A program made the position numbers and the translations under genes. Below are positions 9,979 through 19,991 of a stretch of 64,000 nucleotides of DNA, piece by piece. Each line of letters starts with the position of its first letter. Position 1 is the stretch's first letter. The stretch is from contig CAYNGY010000001.1 of assembly GCA_964397195.1 (NCBI GenBank), forward strand, positions 376,326-440,325, given 5' to 3'. Source of the DNA: an uncultured Gammaproteobacteria bacterium (GTDB taxonomy: Bacteria > Patescibacteriota > Patescibacteriia > SBBC01 > CAIJZX01). The notes beneath the pieces are model-generated. The model was not told the DNA's origin and did no database searches. It saw only the letters and a list, made by a program, of their open reading frames with translations.

Positions 9979-11459
9979 TAGGATGTTGCCATTGGGGTCG
10001 GCGGCGGGCGGCGTAGGATCTTCCGTACCCCGGCCTTGAGGAATTGTTTTTCCGTGGCATCGATAAAGCCGCTCCACCAGACGACCGCCGCGTAGACGAT
10101 GATCACGCCAGTTTTGATACTCAGGTCAACCACGAGTCGATGACTCATTTCATACTGGCCAATCGAAGCCGCAATATAGCTACCGAGCAGTAGCCACGCG
10201 ACAGATTGAATTCGGTATGGGATATGGAAATACCGTTGTGACATGCGGTAAACGAGGTACGTAAAAACGACATAGGAAAACATTGTCGCGAAGGCAGCGC
10301 CAACCATGCCGTACCGGGGGATGAGCGCAAAGTTCAGGATAACGTTCAGCACGGCGGCGGTCACCGTTGTCCAAGCCGTATGCTTCGTGTTGTGCGTAAT
10401 CGCGATGCCAACGGTCACAATGTAATAGGCGCCGTAGATAATCAAACCGAAGGCGATTGGGATCACCACGCGATACCCGTTGATGAAGGCGGGCGCCGTT
10501 AAGAGGTGGAGAATCGGTTTAGCAAAAATAGAGATGACGACCCCGATGCCGCACGTCAAAAGCATGTAGTAGTTCAGAATCTTCGCATAAAACGGCTTCG
10601 CGTCCGGCTGTTTAGCGATGGAGTAGGCGTACGGACCCCAGGCGAGTTGGAAGGCGTTGACCAAGAGGAGGATGACGGATCCGACTTTAATGCCGACGGC
10701 GTAGAGCCCAACCTCGTTAAGGTCGCGGTAGTGGACGAGGAAAAAACGATCGAGCAGATTGAGCGTAAAGTCGGCAATGCCGGCCGGGATCAAAGGGAGG
10801 CCATAGCGAAGCATCGAACGGAGCTGGGTTCGCGATCCGCTGATTCCGACGGAGGTGCGAATGAAATAGAGGCAAATAAACGCCGCAAAAATGTTTGCGG
10901 CCAAGATGGCGTAAAAATATCCGGGGAGGCTCGCTCGCATTCCGACGACAAAAAAGATCGTCAGGCCAATCGTCAATGTCAGCTTGAGAATGTTAATGAT
11001 CGTATATCGCCACGGTCGGAAGCCGAGTCGCAAAACAACCAGCGAGGCCAAAATAATCAGGCTGAAGGGGAGCGTCACGAAGTTAATTTTGATGACCGCC
11101 GTAAAGTCATTACTTCCAAACACGAGTCCGGCAATTGGTTTTGCAAAAATAATCGCGAGGACGCTCATCACGACTGAAATCCCGACCATGAACATGAATG
11201 CGGTGGTCAGGATAGACTTCTTTTGTTTCGCGTCCTCGGTCTCAAAGAAATGGACAATCATGGCCGAGTCAAGTCCGGCCACGACAAAAATCAAGAGAAT
11301 ATTTGTCAGCGAATTCGTGATATCAATGACCCCATAATCCGCCGGGGTCAGGATCCGGGTCAGAATCGGCGTTAAAAAAACACCGATAAATGTACCGATG
11401 GCACCGCCGAGGCCGTAGATGATTGAATCGGAAGTAAGTTTCTTTAAACGTTCAATCAC
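9978..11459 (-). CDS. Oligosaccharide/polysaccharide flippase (Wzx-like, MOP superfamily)
   Basis: It is a multi-TM protein of about 490 aa. The N-terminus LTSDSIIYGLGGAIGTFIGVFLTPILTRIL is typical of polysaccharide biosynthesis and flippase proteins. Confidence 0.75.
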   Translation of the reverse strand: MIERLKKLTSDSIIYGLGGAIGTFIGVFLTPILTRILTPADYGVIDITNSLTNILLIFVVAGLDSAMIVHFFETEDAKQKKSILTTAFMFMVGISVVMSVLAIIFAKPIAGLVFGSNDFTAVIKINFVTLPFSLIILASLVVLRLGFRPWRYTIINILKLTLTIGLTIFFVVGMRASLPGYFYAILAANIFAAFICLYFIRTSVGISGSRTQLRSMLRYGLPLIPAGIADFTLNLLDRFFLVHYRDLNEVGLYAVGIKVGSVILLLVNAFQLAWGPYAYSIAKQPDAKPFYAKILNYYMLLTCGIGVVISIFAKPILHLLTAPAFINGYRVVIPIAFGLIIYGAYYIVTVGIAITHNTKHTAWTTVTAAVLNVILNFALIPRYGMVGAAFATMFSYVVFTYLVYRMSQRYFHIPYRIQSVAWLLLGSYIAASIGQYEMSHRLVVDLSIKTGVIIVYAAVVWWSGFIDATEKQFLKAGVRKILRRPPPTPMATS

Positions 11460-11499
11460 GGGAAACGGGTCAAAAATTAATCAATCCAAGTCAATAAAT

Positions 11500-11520
11500 T
11501 GGTTCGTGATTATACAAGAA
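11500..11520 (-). promoter_or_regulatory. Extended -10 promoter (minus strand) upstream of flippase operon
   Basis: The minus strand reads cttTGTATAATcacg. An extended -10 TGnTATAAT lies at about 11508-11513, in the gap between the methyltransferase stop and the flippase start. Confidence 0.4.
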
Positions 11521-11566
11521 AAGCGGGCCAAACGCAAGTTCAGCGGACCGGGGCGCGGCCAGTCAG

Positions 11567-12310
11567 TTAGGAGGCCGTCGGGGCTCGAAATGATGCGGTC
11601 AAAACGAGTCCTTCGCGTGAGCTCGGGAAGAATCGGTTGATGAGATAGCGACTGCCCAAGAAACGCTTCCAGCTCCGGATCGGCGGGTAATATTCGCTGA
11701 AGAAAAACTCATCGACATGAAATCCGGCCCGAGTAGCTACTTTCGCCAGCGTGTACGGTGTGAACCAATAGCGGTGGTCGCTGTTAATAAATTCAATGCC
11801 GTGTTGTAACTGACGAATATTGTCCCACGCAAACGCGTTGGGGACGGTAATAACGATTCGGTCAATCACCGATTCGTAAGTGCGGCGGATTGATGACAGG
11901 AAGCGAACCGGGTCATCGATGTGTTCGAGTATTTCACCCAAAATAACGTAGTCCCAACGATCATTCAGCACCTCTGGTAAGGGATTCATGATATCGCCAT
12001 GAAGCACATCGGTATACGGCAACGTTTTGCGAACGTATTCAACCGCTTCGGCATTGGTATCAATCCCGAGGCAACGGGTGGTTTTTTTCGCCAACCGTTC
12101 ATGCATCCACACGCCACGTCGAACTTTATCCTGAATGAGCGGAATATGGTCGGCAAAACCAAGATGGACAATTTTTTTGCCCTCAACAAAACGTTCGAGT
12201 AACGAAAAACGATCATCCACTTCTTCCCAACGTGTGGCAATCGGAACCTTAAGCGCATTCGAAAAGCCTTGGCCGGATAAAAACTCTTGGACGGAATGTG
12301 AGAAGCGCAT
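11567..12310 (-). CDS. Class I SAM-dependent methyltransferase
   Basis: The track ORF is 11567..12655. The start is trimmed to MRFSHS... (ATG at 12310). The core is VHLGFADH...CLGIDTNAEAV...DYVILGEILEHIDDP. Confidence 0.65.
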   Translation of the reverse strand: MRFSHSVQEFLSGQGFSNALKVPIATRWEEVDDRFSLLERFVEGKKIVHLGFADHIPLIQDKVRRGVWMHERLAKKTTRCLGIDTNAEAVEYVRKTLPYTDVLHGDIMNPLPEVLNDRWDYVILGEILEHIDDPVRFLSSIRRTYESVIDRIVITVPNAFAWDNIRQLQHGIEFINSDHRYWFTPYTLAKVATRAGFHVDEFFFSEYYPPIRSWKRFLGSRYLINRFFPSSREGLVLTASFRAPTAS

Positions 12311-12367
12311 ACAGACGAAAGATAAAAAAGCTCTCTCAGCATACCCGAGGAGGCCGAAATGATCAAA

Positions 12368-12396
12368 TGGACAAAAATGCCTGAAAACAGTACAAT
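12368..12396 (+). promoter_or_regulatory. Sigma70-like promoter, apparently leaderless transcript for 12405 gene
   Basis: The sequence is TGGACA, a 17-nt spacer, then TACAAT (12391-12396). The ATG at 12405 lies only about 9 nt past the -10 element. Confidence 0.5.
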
Positions 12397-12404
12397 ACAC
12401 GGGC

Positions 12405-13958
12405 ATGAAAGGGGCATCCACGATCCACACCCAGCCGAAAGTATTCCTCCTGATCAAGGCCATCGCTGTTGCCGCGGCGGTTATTTTTTTCTTGTATTTG
12501 GCCGACGCGCAACTACTGCTCGTCGCCCCGCACCGGATGCGTTTAAACCCAAATGGACGAAGCGGGTACCTGAGCGCAACATCGCTTGGTCTTGTGAGGA
12601 GCGCGGTCACGGGTCCGTACTCATGGCTGATTCGAAAAACACCACTAGTCATCACCGTTTCATTGCCACGAGTAGCGGAAAAACTCCATATTCGGATTAG
12701 CCTTCAAACCAGCGATGCGCCGCTTATAAGTTATTCGCTCGAAAGTGCCGACTCGGTACATCGGAAAGAGCAGATACTCTGGTCACAATTTTTGAACGAC
12801 TTGCAATGGGAACGGATTTCCGACGACGGACTGAGTATTTGGCAGCGGACAAAGACTGTCGCCGGGAAAAAGACGTCGATTACGCGTTACGATACGGTGA
12901 ATGATTTTCGGCGACAACCTCCGCCCGCCACGCAGATCGGAGTCGTCGCATACGACGCGTTCTCGTTTCTCCGTCCTTCGTCGTACACGCCAACCACCGC
13001 GTCACGGAAGTTCCCGGTAGCGCTGCGCGGACCGCAGTCCATTTATTTCTACGCCGGGGATGAGATGATTGACTGGGCGTTTGCAAAAACAGATCTGAAT
13101 TTCTCTGAAGACGCAGACGTGGTTCGGGTGAATCTCGTTCGTCTTGATGCGGTGACAACGCTTGGGACCGGAGTTGTGCGACATCAAGTTATTGCCGACG
13201 ACGGCGTCGTAGCGGCCACACAAACGCCCGGGAGGCCGGCACAGATCCATATCCGTGCACAGGGTCAGCCTGGCATGTACCGACTCGACCTTGATACGAC
13301 CGATGACGTGGTCTTTCAGAATATCACCACCACCCAACATGTGGTGGGGATGCACGGCAGTCTCAATATCGCCGCCGGGCCGGCCTACCGCGGGGTACCC
13401 GATGAAGCAGAATTCAGAGCCGCTACCATTCGTTTGAATAGTCCGAAGTTTACCATCATGGCCAACCATCCGGACGGAAAGCAAATCATCGAGGTTGGTG
13501 GTAAAGATATAAACATTCGACGTACGAAGGCAAAGTTCCCGGTCGCCCTGAGTCAAAATGCCGGCGTCGTAGATTTTGTGGTCGCTAAGCCAGATGTGTC
13601 CATTCAGGCCGGGGATAGCTTGCTCACGTTTAGTTCTTTTACCCTGCCGACCGGAAATATGCCGGGCGCCACAACAATTTCTCTTTACCCAACGGCAGAC
13701 GTGCAAGGGGTGAACTACCTTATTGCCCCGTATGTTCCGCTCCCCGCCGGGAGCATGGTGAGTGTTGACCAAGACATCACGACCGCTGAGTACGGGATTA
13801 TGAACAAAAAGATTCGGTTAGAACTTCAGGTCCCAGGAATTGACGAACATCAGTACGATGTAGGATTGTCCGCCGTCCGGGTTGATGTGACGCCGGGAAA
13901 GTTCCCGTGGGATAAGGTGATATCAAAGATTCGTCGTCTCTTTGGGGGGGACTCCTAA
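12405..13958 (+). CDS. Hypothetical membrane-anchored protein (single N-terminal TM, large extracytoplasmic domain)
   Basis: It is a 517-aa ORF with an N-terminal hydrophobic helix (LLIKAIAVAAAVIFFLYLA). No recognised catalytic motifs were found. It is first in an operon with a GT-C protein. Confidence 0.55.
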   Translation: MKGASTIHTQPKVFLLIKAIAVAAAVIFFLYLADAQLLLVAPHRMRLNPNGRSGYLSATSLGLVRSAVTGPYSWLIRKTPLVITVSLPRVAEKLHIRISLQTSDAPLISYSLESADSVHRKEQILWSQFLNDLQWERISDDGLSIWQRTKTVAGKKTSITRYDTVNDFRRQPPPATQIGVVAYDAFSFLRPSSYTPTTASRKFPVALRGPQSIYFYAGDEMIDWAFAKTDLNFSEDADVVRVNLVRLDAVTTLGTGVVRHQVIADDGVVAATQTPGRPAQIHIRAQGQPGMYRLDLDTTDDVVFQNITTTQHVVGMHGSLNIAAGPAYRGVPDEAEFRAATIRLNSPKFTIMANHPDGKQIIEVGGKDINIRRTKAKFPVALSQNAGVVDFVVAKPDVSIQAGDSLLTFSSFTLPTGNMPGATTISLYPTADVQGVNYLIAPYVPLPAGSMVSVDQDITTAEYGIMNKKIRLELQVPGIDEHQYDVGLSAVRVDVTPGKFPWDKVISKIRRLFGGDS

Positions 13959-14380
13959 TGGCCCGGCATCGAATGACCTTTCAGTTCGCCTGGCCGTGGA
14001 GTGGGACCGAAACGAACGCGCTGTTCGCGTTCCTTTTTCAGATATCCGTCACGACATTCCTTGGTCTCCTGATGCTCGAACGCCTCGTGCCCGGATTTGT
14101 GAGTGACTGGTGGGACGTGAATATTTTGCTGTGGCCAATCGGCATTTTTGGACTAACCGTGGCGTTATGGCCGACGCTCGTTCATGAGCATGGATGGCAG
14201 CGGTCAAAAAAGAGTATCTGGCGCGACGGCATCATTCTCCTCGTCATCGCCGGAGTTATTAGTGGACTAGTCTGGTCCGGTACGGAACCCTATGGTCGAA
14301 TGGGCAAGATTGTCGCTGTTGTGGCCGGCTTGGCCGTGGTCTGTCTTGCATTCATTCTGTATAGCGATGACGACGCGTAA
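13958..14380 (+). CDS. Small integral membrane protein (4 predicted TM)
   Basis: It is 140 aa and hydrophobic. Its start overlaps the stop of the upstream gene. A GtrA-like role is possible but unproven. Confidence 0.5.
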   Translation: MARHRMTFQFAWPWSGTETNALFAFLFQISVTTFLGLLMLERLVPGFVSDWWDVNILLWPIGIFGLTVALWPTLVHEHGWQRSKKSIWRDGIILLVIAGVISGLVWSGTEPYGRMGKIVAVVAGLAVVCLAFILYSDDDA

Positions 14381-14427
14381 TACGCGGGTCGAGTCCCGAT
14401 CACGTTTAATAGCCACGGCCTAATCAT

Positions 14428-15993
14428 ATGGTCACCGTCCCGTCGAACCGACACACTATCTGGATATACACCGGGGTTTGCGTTATCGCCGTGTGGTTGA
14501 CGGCCATTGGAATATCGGCCTGGCGTCATCAACAACCAACTTCGCCTGATGAAGCGGCGAACCGATATATGTCGACGTACGCTGCGGCGCATGGGAGTTT
14601 TTCGATCCCGACGACGATGTCGGCCATGCAGTTGACCGCCTTTCACCCGCGTAGCCTAGCCGCGAAGGATCATAACCTTTTGCCCGGGAGTTTTTTAGGA
14701 TTTATTTTGCTCACGACGGCTCTCCGCTGGGTCGGCGCCGCCGGACCATACATCGGCACAGTATTCATCTTCGGCTTAGCGCTGTATTGCTGGTTTCGAA
14801 TCGCCCGACGGTACTGGGAGATACCGTGGGCAGTATTGAGCACCGTTGGGGTGGCGACGATGCCGGTTATTGCTCGTCACCTCGCGTTACCATACACTCA
14901 ACCGATTCTTGGACTGAGTTTTTTGATCACGAGTAGCTGGGCGTTACTCCGGTACCAAGAGAAGCAAACATGGGGTCGAGCCGCCTGCGTCGGATTTTTG
15001 TACGGAGTCGTAGTGTTCATTCGGCCGATTGATGCCATATTTACGGCGCCGCTGATTATGGTCGCCATGGTCGTTCATCGCGGACATCGGTTGAAGATGC
15101 TTCTGACCGGGACCGTTATTGCCCTGGTACAAGTGCCGTGGATCTATGCCGGGTATGAAACGTTCGGATCATTCTTGGCGAGTGGGTATACGCAGCAAGG
15201 CATTGGCCTCACGAATGCATCAGGGACAGGGCTTGCCTGGTGGACAATCTTTACACGGCCGCCAAGTGGCGAATGGAATTGGCACTGGATTCGATCAGCC
15301 ATCGAGTATCTATTACTCCTCTATCCTGGGTGGTCAATGCTCGCGGTCGCTGGTGCGTGTATTTATCTTCGGCGGAAGCTCGTGTCGTGGGCAAAGATTC
15401 TGAAAATTGGGACGGTCATTGCGTTTCTCGGGTATTACGTAGCCTATTACGGGGCATGGCAACTCTATCCAAACGACCTGGCCGCGCGGATAGGCTCGGC
15501 TGCCTCCTATGCACGGTACTGGATGCCACTGTATGTGGGTATGGTTGCCGGTGCAGTTGTCTTTCTCCGACGAATGACGATATCGCGTCGCTGGGTCGGG
15601 TACGTCTGTTTGGTCAGCCTGGTGGCGATCAATACTTGGGATTTTTGGGCGCATCCGTCTGGCTATGCCGCTACAATCCGTCGTGACGCGGTCGCGGCCG
15701 ACGTCGTGAAAAGTGTCCAGGACGCCACCGAACCGGACAGCCTCCTTCTCGCCGGACAAGATGAGAAGTATTTTGTCGGCGAACGACTCACCAGCTTCTC
15801 GATCCCCACGGGTGATACATCGTGGTCGACACTTGCCAGTATTGCCCATGAACGGCCGGTCTATATGCTCGCCAATGAGGCTTTTTTCCAATCCGTGAAA
15901 ACAAGGGCGGCGCTGGCGATGGCCAATCTAGAGGCGCAGGAATTTTTGCAGACGACTGATGGTCCCTGGTGGAAACTCACACCTCGTCCATGA
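14428..15993 (+). CDS. GT-C family glycosyltransferase (PMT/ArnT-like, GT39/GT83)
   Basis: It is a multi-TM protein with the early loop motif PTSPDEAANRYMS (DE motif of the first periplasmic loop). It has a C-terminal soluble domain. Confidence 0.6.
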   Translation: MVTVPSNRHTIWIYTGVCVIAVWLTAIGISAWRHQQPTSPDEAANRYMSTYAAAHGSFSIPTTMSAMQLTAFHPRSLAAKDHNLLPGSFLGFILLTTALRWVGAAGPYIGTVFIFGLALYCWFRIARRYWEIPWAVLSTVGVATMPVIARHLALPYTQPILGLSFLITSSWALLRYQEKQTWGRAACVGFLYGVVVFIRPIDAIFTAPLIMVAMVVHRGHRLKMLLTGTVIALVQVPWIYAGYETFGSFLASGYTQQGIGLTNASGTGLAWWTIFTRPPSGEWNWHWIRSAIEYLLLLYPGWSMLAVAGACIYLRRKLVSWAKILKIGTVIAFLGYYVAYYGAWQLYPNDLAARIGSAASYARYWMPLYVGMVAGAVVFLRRMTISRRWVGYVCLVSLVAINTWDFWAHPSGYAATIRRDAVAADVVKSVQDATEPDSLLLAGQDEKYFVGERLTSFSIPTGDTSWSTLASIAHERPVYMLANEAFFQSVKTRAALAMANLEAQEFLQTTDGPWWKLTPRP

Positions 15994-16469
15994 ATACCCA
16001 TCGTTGGTTCTTAGGCGTTGGAGTCGTGTTGACCTTGGGTATCTGGGCGGTCCCGCTTTGGCAAACGTTAAAACTCCGCACTGGGTGTTGCGGACCCGTG
16101 ACAGCCCACTGGACGCACCTTGACCGACTCCACGCCTTGGCCGAGTGGCGACCGAGCCTCCATGCGTACGAATTTAATGCGCCCACGTGGCCATGGGCTA
16201 GTCGGGCGATGCTTCTGCGGCCGAGCGAGAAGATTCAGCTACATATTTTCGTTCCGGAAAAATATACGAGAGTGCGAGTGACTCTGCCGAATACTGTCCC
16301 GGGGATTACCATCCAGCGCGTTGATGACCCTGCGCTAGGGCGTTCGGCTTCTATCGCTACGGCCGAATGGGTGCGGGGACGAGCTGGACAATATCCTGAT
16401 TTCTATATTCAAAACACGACTGATGTCACTCAGTCGCTGACAAACATCGATATCGAGTTCATCCCATGA
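15990..16469 (+). CDS. Hypothetical protein with N-terminal TM
   Basis: The start is MNTHRWFLGVGVVLTLGIW. It has an ATGA overlap with the GT-C stop. Confidence 0.5.
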   Translation: MNTHRWFLGVGVVLTLGIWAVPLWQTLKLRTGCCGPVTAHWTHLDRLHALAEWRPSLHAYEFNAPTWPWASRAMLLRPSEKIQLHIFVPEKYTRVRVTLPNTVPGITIQRVDDPALGRSASIATAEWVRGRAGQYPDFYIQNTTDVTQSLTNIDIEFIP

Positions 16470-16687
16470 AAAACGGTTGGCACATCGTACTCGGGGTACA
16501 GATAGCACTCCTTATCTTCTTTCAGGGTCTGACCATCTGGCGCCCAGGGGTTATGGATGTGTTCGGAACTGGGATCGGCTATTGGCTGGGAAGTCTGGCC
16601 GTTACACTGCTGTGTGCGTACGGCTTGCGTCCGGATCAAGACAGCGGGAGCGACCAAGATCGAATGACGGACCCAAGTCGGAAGTAG
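16466..16687 (+). CDS. Small membrane protein
   Basis: It is 73 aa and has an ATGA overlap with the upstream gene. It contains two hydrophobic segments. Confidence 0.4.
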   Translation: MKNGWHIVLGVQIALLIFFQGLTIWRPGVMDVFGTGIGYWLGSLAVTLLCAYGLRPDQDSGSDQDRMTDPSRK

Positions 16688-17919
16688 AATCCGCGCCCGT
16701 CAGAATGCGGGCCAAGAAACTCGGCTGTCACCGGTAGTGTGTCGCGGGCGACCACGCCGAACTGGTCGTTAGCTTGTCGGGTGTAGCCGACTAATTGTCG
16801 ACCATCAGAAACGACCAAACCATTCGATCCTCGATACCACGCGGCCCACAATATACCGCCCACACGGTCAATAAATGGGTGTTGTCCGGCGGACCCGCGG
16901 GTTCGAACCGACACGCCGTCGCTCCAGAGTAATGGGCGAGTGGATAAGATACGGACCGTCGAGCCGAGTGGTTCGAGTTGCCATACCAGTGCGGTTGATC
17001 CGGTCACGCGCCATCCCGCATGAGTAGAGACTTCTTGGGCAATTACCGTATCCCGGTCGACCGGTAGCAAGGTCATGTCCGTCGGGAATGTATGAATGAC
17101 CTGAGCTTTTGCGGCCGGGTAGGGTTCCCAGCGTTGTAATTGGCCCCCGGTATCAGTCGCCGTGATCGTCCACAGGGCGCCCTTAGCCACGACAAGCGAA
17201 TCAGCCGGACCCATCTGCTCAAACGATCCCAAGGCCGCATTCACGACGACGAGTCTGCCCCGAACGATGCCAAACAAGAGCGGATCGCCATCGGGTGACC
17301 AAGCGGCGTAGTCCATCATTGGAACGGATTGGCTGCGTGGTGTCGACGGGTCAGTTATCACCATCGCTGTGTCGCCATTATCCGCATACAGATACTCACC
17401 GTCGTCGGAAACCCGAAGATGTTTTGGACTGAAGGGGAGTGACAACGGGGTCTGCGACCACAACTCGGGATCGAGTAGTTCGACGGTAAACTGGTCGTTG
17501 TTTGGACGAGTCACGAAGGTGATGCGGCTTTCCGAATCATGGAGCACGCGATCGGTTGCGGTAAGTTCGGTTATTGTCGTTATGACCGGGGTTGGCTGGA
17601 GGTGGATATCAACGACATCGGTTGACTTTCCGGCTACTAACGGAATCGAAGATACCCAACTCGTATAGCCGGGTCGGGCCAGGGCGATAGTAACGATGCC
17701 TGCCTCAAGACGCGTCGTTCGATACGGGGTAGTCCCCACCGCCTGCCCATTGATCGTAATCGTTGAACGCGGGTCGCTCTCAATAAAGAGACCGGCCGCC
17801 CGGATGATGCGTCCATGCACGAGTGTCCAGCCGTTGGCTTGAAAAAGAATGTATCCAGATGTCGCGACAAAAAGACACACCGCAAAGCCTAGGGTAAATG
17901 ATCGGAGTCGTGGTGACAT
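16636..17919 (-). CDS. PEGA domain + TolB-like beta-propeller protein
   Basis: It has an N-terminal TM, a PEGA-like segment ITINGQAVGTTPYRTTRLEAGIVTIALARPGY, and propeller-like repeats (YAAWSPDGDPLLFG). Confidence 0.55.
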   Translation of the reverse strand: MSPRLRSFTLGFAVCLFVATSGYILFQANGWTLVHGRIIRAAGLFIESDPRSTITINGQAVGTTPYRTTRLEAGIVTIALARPGYTSWVSSIPLVAGKSTDVVDIHLQPTPVITTITELTATDRVLHDSESRITFVTRPNNDQFTVELLDPELWSQTPLSLPFSPKHLRVSDDGEYLYADNGDTAMVITDPSTPRSQSVPMMDYAAWSPDGDPLLFGIVRGRLVVVNAALGSFEQMGPADSLVVAKGALWTITATDTGGQLQRWEPYPAAKAQVIHTFPTDMTLLPVDRDTVIAQEVSTHAGWRVTGSTALVWQLEPLGSTVRILSTRPLLWSDGVSVRTRGSAGQHPFIDRVGGILWAAWYRGSNGLVVSDGRQLVGYTRQANDQFGVVARDTLPVTAEFLGPHSDGRGFYFRLGSVIRSWSLPLS

Positions 17920-18029
17920 GCCAGGTTGCCGAAAGCAGGGTAAACCGATTATACTATACCGACAGGAGTCTATTCTACCATAATCCGAGTACCCCTGCGA
18001 AATCGTTTATCGTCTTATTTTCTCCGATT

Positions 18030-19235
18030 ATGCCCTCACAAAATACAAACAGAAGCATTATCGGTCTAGCCATAAGTCTGTGTATCGGTATCGCCATTGG
18101 CATAACGGTTCAGCTTCCGTTACCAGCAAAGGACGGGGCGGCGCTTCCTGCCATTATTCGGTCGCTCGCGCCTTCGGCCACCGGAACTTCCACTTTTCAG
18201 GATGTGTGGAAAACCATCCACACAGAGTACGTCAACGCAAATGTTTCCGATGAACAACTTGTGACCGGTGCGATTCGGGGCTTAGTGGCAGCGCTTGGCG
18301 ACCCATACTCGGTATACCTTTCACCGACCGAGGCCAAAGCATTTGCCGAAGAAGTGGCCGGATCGTTTGAAGGCGTCGGGATGGAATTGGGTCTGAAAAA
18401 TAACGTCCTGACCGTTATAGCTCCATTAACCGGCAGTCCGGCGGAACACGCGGGTATGCGCAGTGGTGACGTTGTGATTGCGATTAATGATGCTGACACA
18501 AGCCAGATGACGGTGGATGAAGCAGTGAAACTTATCCGAGGAAAAAAGGGAACGAAAGTCGACCTGACGGTGTCACGGACAGGTTCGGATCCGTTCACGG
18601 TGACTCTTGAGCGTCAAACGATCACCATCGATTCGGTCACGAGCCGAACCATCGACCAAGACGGGAAGAAGATCTCGGTTATTAAAATCAGCAGCTTTAA
18701 CCAAGACACCGAACGTCTCTTTCGGCAGGTCGCACAACGGGCGCTGAACGACCGTGTCTCTGGTTTTGTTATCGATCTCCGGAACAACCCGGGGGGCTAC
18801 TTGGATCAGGCGGTGCGTGTGGCCAGCGTTGCGATTCCTTCGGGCACAATCGTGTCAGAAATCGATCGCGATGGTCAGAAGCGGAACCTGGACGCCCGCG
18901 GCGGCGCAATCCTAAACGGCCAAAAAATGGTAGTCTTGATCAACGGTGGCAGTGCCTCGGCCTCAGAGATTGTGGCCGGCGCCTTTCAAGATACCCACGT
19001 GGCGACCCTAATTGGGGAGAAGTCGTACGGCAAAGGTTCCGTTCAGCAACTCGCCGATCTCCATGACGGGTCGAGTTTAAAGCTAACCGTCGCTAAATGG
19101 TATACGCCATCCGGCCGTTCGATTGCTGATGAGGGCATCGCGCCGGACACGGTGGTCACTATTAGTGATGCCGACGTGACGGCCGGGAAGGACCCACAAA
19201 TGGATGCAGCCGTCACGCATCTCCTTCAGCCATGA
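18030..19235 (+). CDS. ctpA: Carboxyl-terminal processing protease (S41, PDZ-containing)
   Basis: The track ORF is 17898..19235. The start is trimmed to MPSQNTNRSIIGLAISL. It has a PDZ domain (GSPAEHAGMRSGDVVIAIND) and the S41 motif DLRNNPGGYL. Confidence 0.85.
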   Translation: MPSQNTNRSIIGLAISLCIGIAIGITVQLPLPAKDGAALPAIIRSLAPSATGTSTFQDVWKTIHTEYVNANVSDEQLVTGAIRGLVAALGDPYSVYLSPTEAKAFAEEVAGSFEGVGMELGLKNNVLTVIAPLTGSPAEHAGMRSGDVVIAINDADTSQMTVDEAVKLIRGKKGTKVDLTVSRTGSDPFTVTLERQTITIDSVTSRTIDQDGKKISVIKISSFNQDTERLFRQVAQRALNDRVSGFVIDLRNNPGGYLDQAVRVASVAIPSGTIVSEIDRDGQKRNLDARGGAILNGQKMVVLINGGSASASEIVAGAFQDTHVATLIGEKSYGKGSVQQLADLHDGSSLKLTVAKWYTPSGRSIADEGIAPDTVVTISDADVTAGKDPQMDAAVTHLLQP

Positions 19236-19696
19236 AAATCGTTTTACTCAAAAACGTTCCGGCTATTGGTCAGGCCGGCGAGGTCCATGACGTGACCGAC
19301 GCGCATGCTCGAAACTTCCTTATTCCGAAACGTCTCGCCGTCGCGGCGACCCCACAGCAATTAGCCTCGGTGGCGGCCCGTCAACGACAGGAGGATCGGC
19401 ATCGAGAGGCGCTGTTAGCCGAACGTCAAAAACTTCAGTCGACGTTAAATGACGGGATGGTGGAGTTGTCGCGTCCGGGTGTCCCGGAACAAAGTCTCTA
19501 CGCCTCAATCCGCGCCGCGGATATTATCGAGGCGTTAACACGGCAATACGGCCCTGGCGTAGCTGGGGCAGAGGTGGTGCCGGACGTCATCAAAAATCCC
19601 GGGTTGCATCGGGTCACGCTCCGGTGGCCAGACCAAAAAACAGTGGTGATCACCGTAGTGGTGACCGCCATTGATAGCCACCAAAAGAAACGTTAG
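19232..19696 (+). CDS. rplI: 50S ribosomal protein L9
   Basis: [36 protein letters not shown] matches the L9 N-domain. Confidence 0.9.
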   Translation: MKIVLLKNVPAIGQAGEVHDVTDAHARNFLIPKRLAVAATPQQLASVAARQRQEDRHREALLAERQKLQSTLNDGMVELSRPGVPEQSLYASIRAADIIEALTRQYGPGVAGAEVVPDVIKNPGLHRVTLRWPDQKTVVITVVVTAIDSHQKKR

Positions 19697-19965
19697 ACGA
19701 CGCTGACGATTCGACGTCGCACGCGGCTTCCGTCGTAGCGGATGACGGTTTTCGTCTTGAAAACAACCTCACCGCTAGCCACCGCAAACAAGGTGTCGTC
19801 ATGACCGCGTCGGACATTCTTGCCCGGTCGAAACGCCGCGCCACGCTGACGAACGAGGATATAGCCTGAGCGAACCTTTTGCCCTGCAAAACGTTTAACG
19901 CCGAGTCGCTTGCTTTCTGAATCGCGGCCGAGTCGTGTCGAGCCGCCTGCTTTGGTATGGGCCAT
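19693..19965 (-). CDS. rpmA: 50S ribosomal protein L27
   Basis: [29 protein letters not shown]... is the L27 signature. Its 3' end overlaps rplI by 4 nt in convergent orientation. Confidence 0.9.
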   Translation of the reverse strand: MAHTKAGGSTRLGRDSESKRLGVKRFAGQKVRSGYILVRQRGAAFRPGKNVRRGHDDTLFAVASGEVVFKTKTVIRYDGSRVRRRIVSVV

Positions 19966-19991
19966 AGAAAACGATAAAAACTTGCTGGGCC

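Noticed and set aside
10506-11177. 223-aa ORF on the plus strand (Asp/Glu/Arg-rich)
   Set aside because: It lies entirely antisense within the Wzx flippase gene and has low-complexity composition. It is a shadow ORF.
12345-12700. ORF 12359..12700 (+) preceded by a perfect AGGAGG Shine-Dalgarno 6 nt upstream of ATG
   Set aside because: Its translation is Arg/His/Pro-rich and not protein-like. It overlaps the 517-aa gene in another frame, and the SD lies upstream of the mapped promoter -10. It is more likely a chance SD or part of the divergent promoter region.
13002-13772. 256-aa ORF on the minus strand
   Set aside because: It is antisense inside the 517-aa plus-strand gene. It has no SD or promoter and an odd composition. 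It is a shadow ORF.
15334-15891. 185-aa minus-strand ORF
   Set aside because: It is antisense within the GT-C gene 14428..15993.
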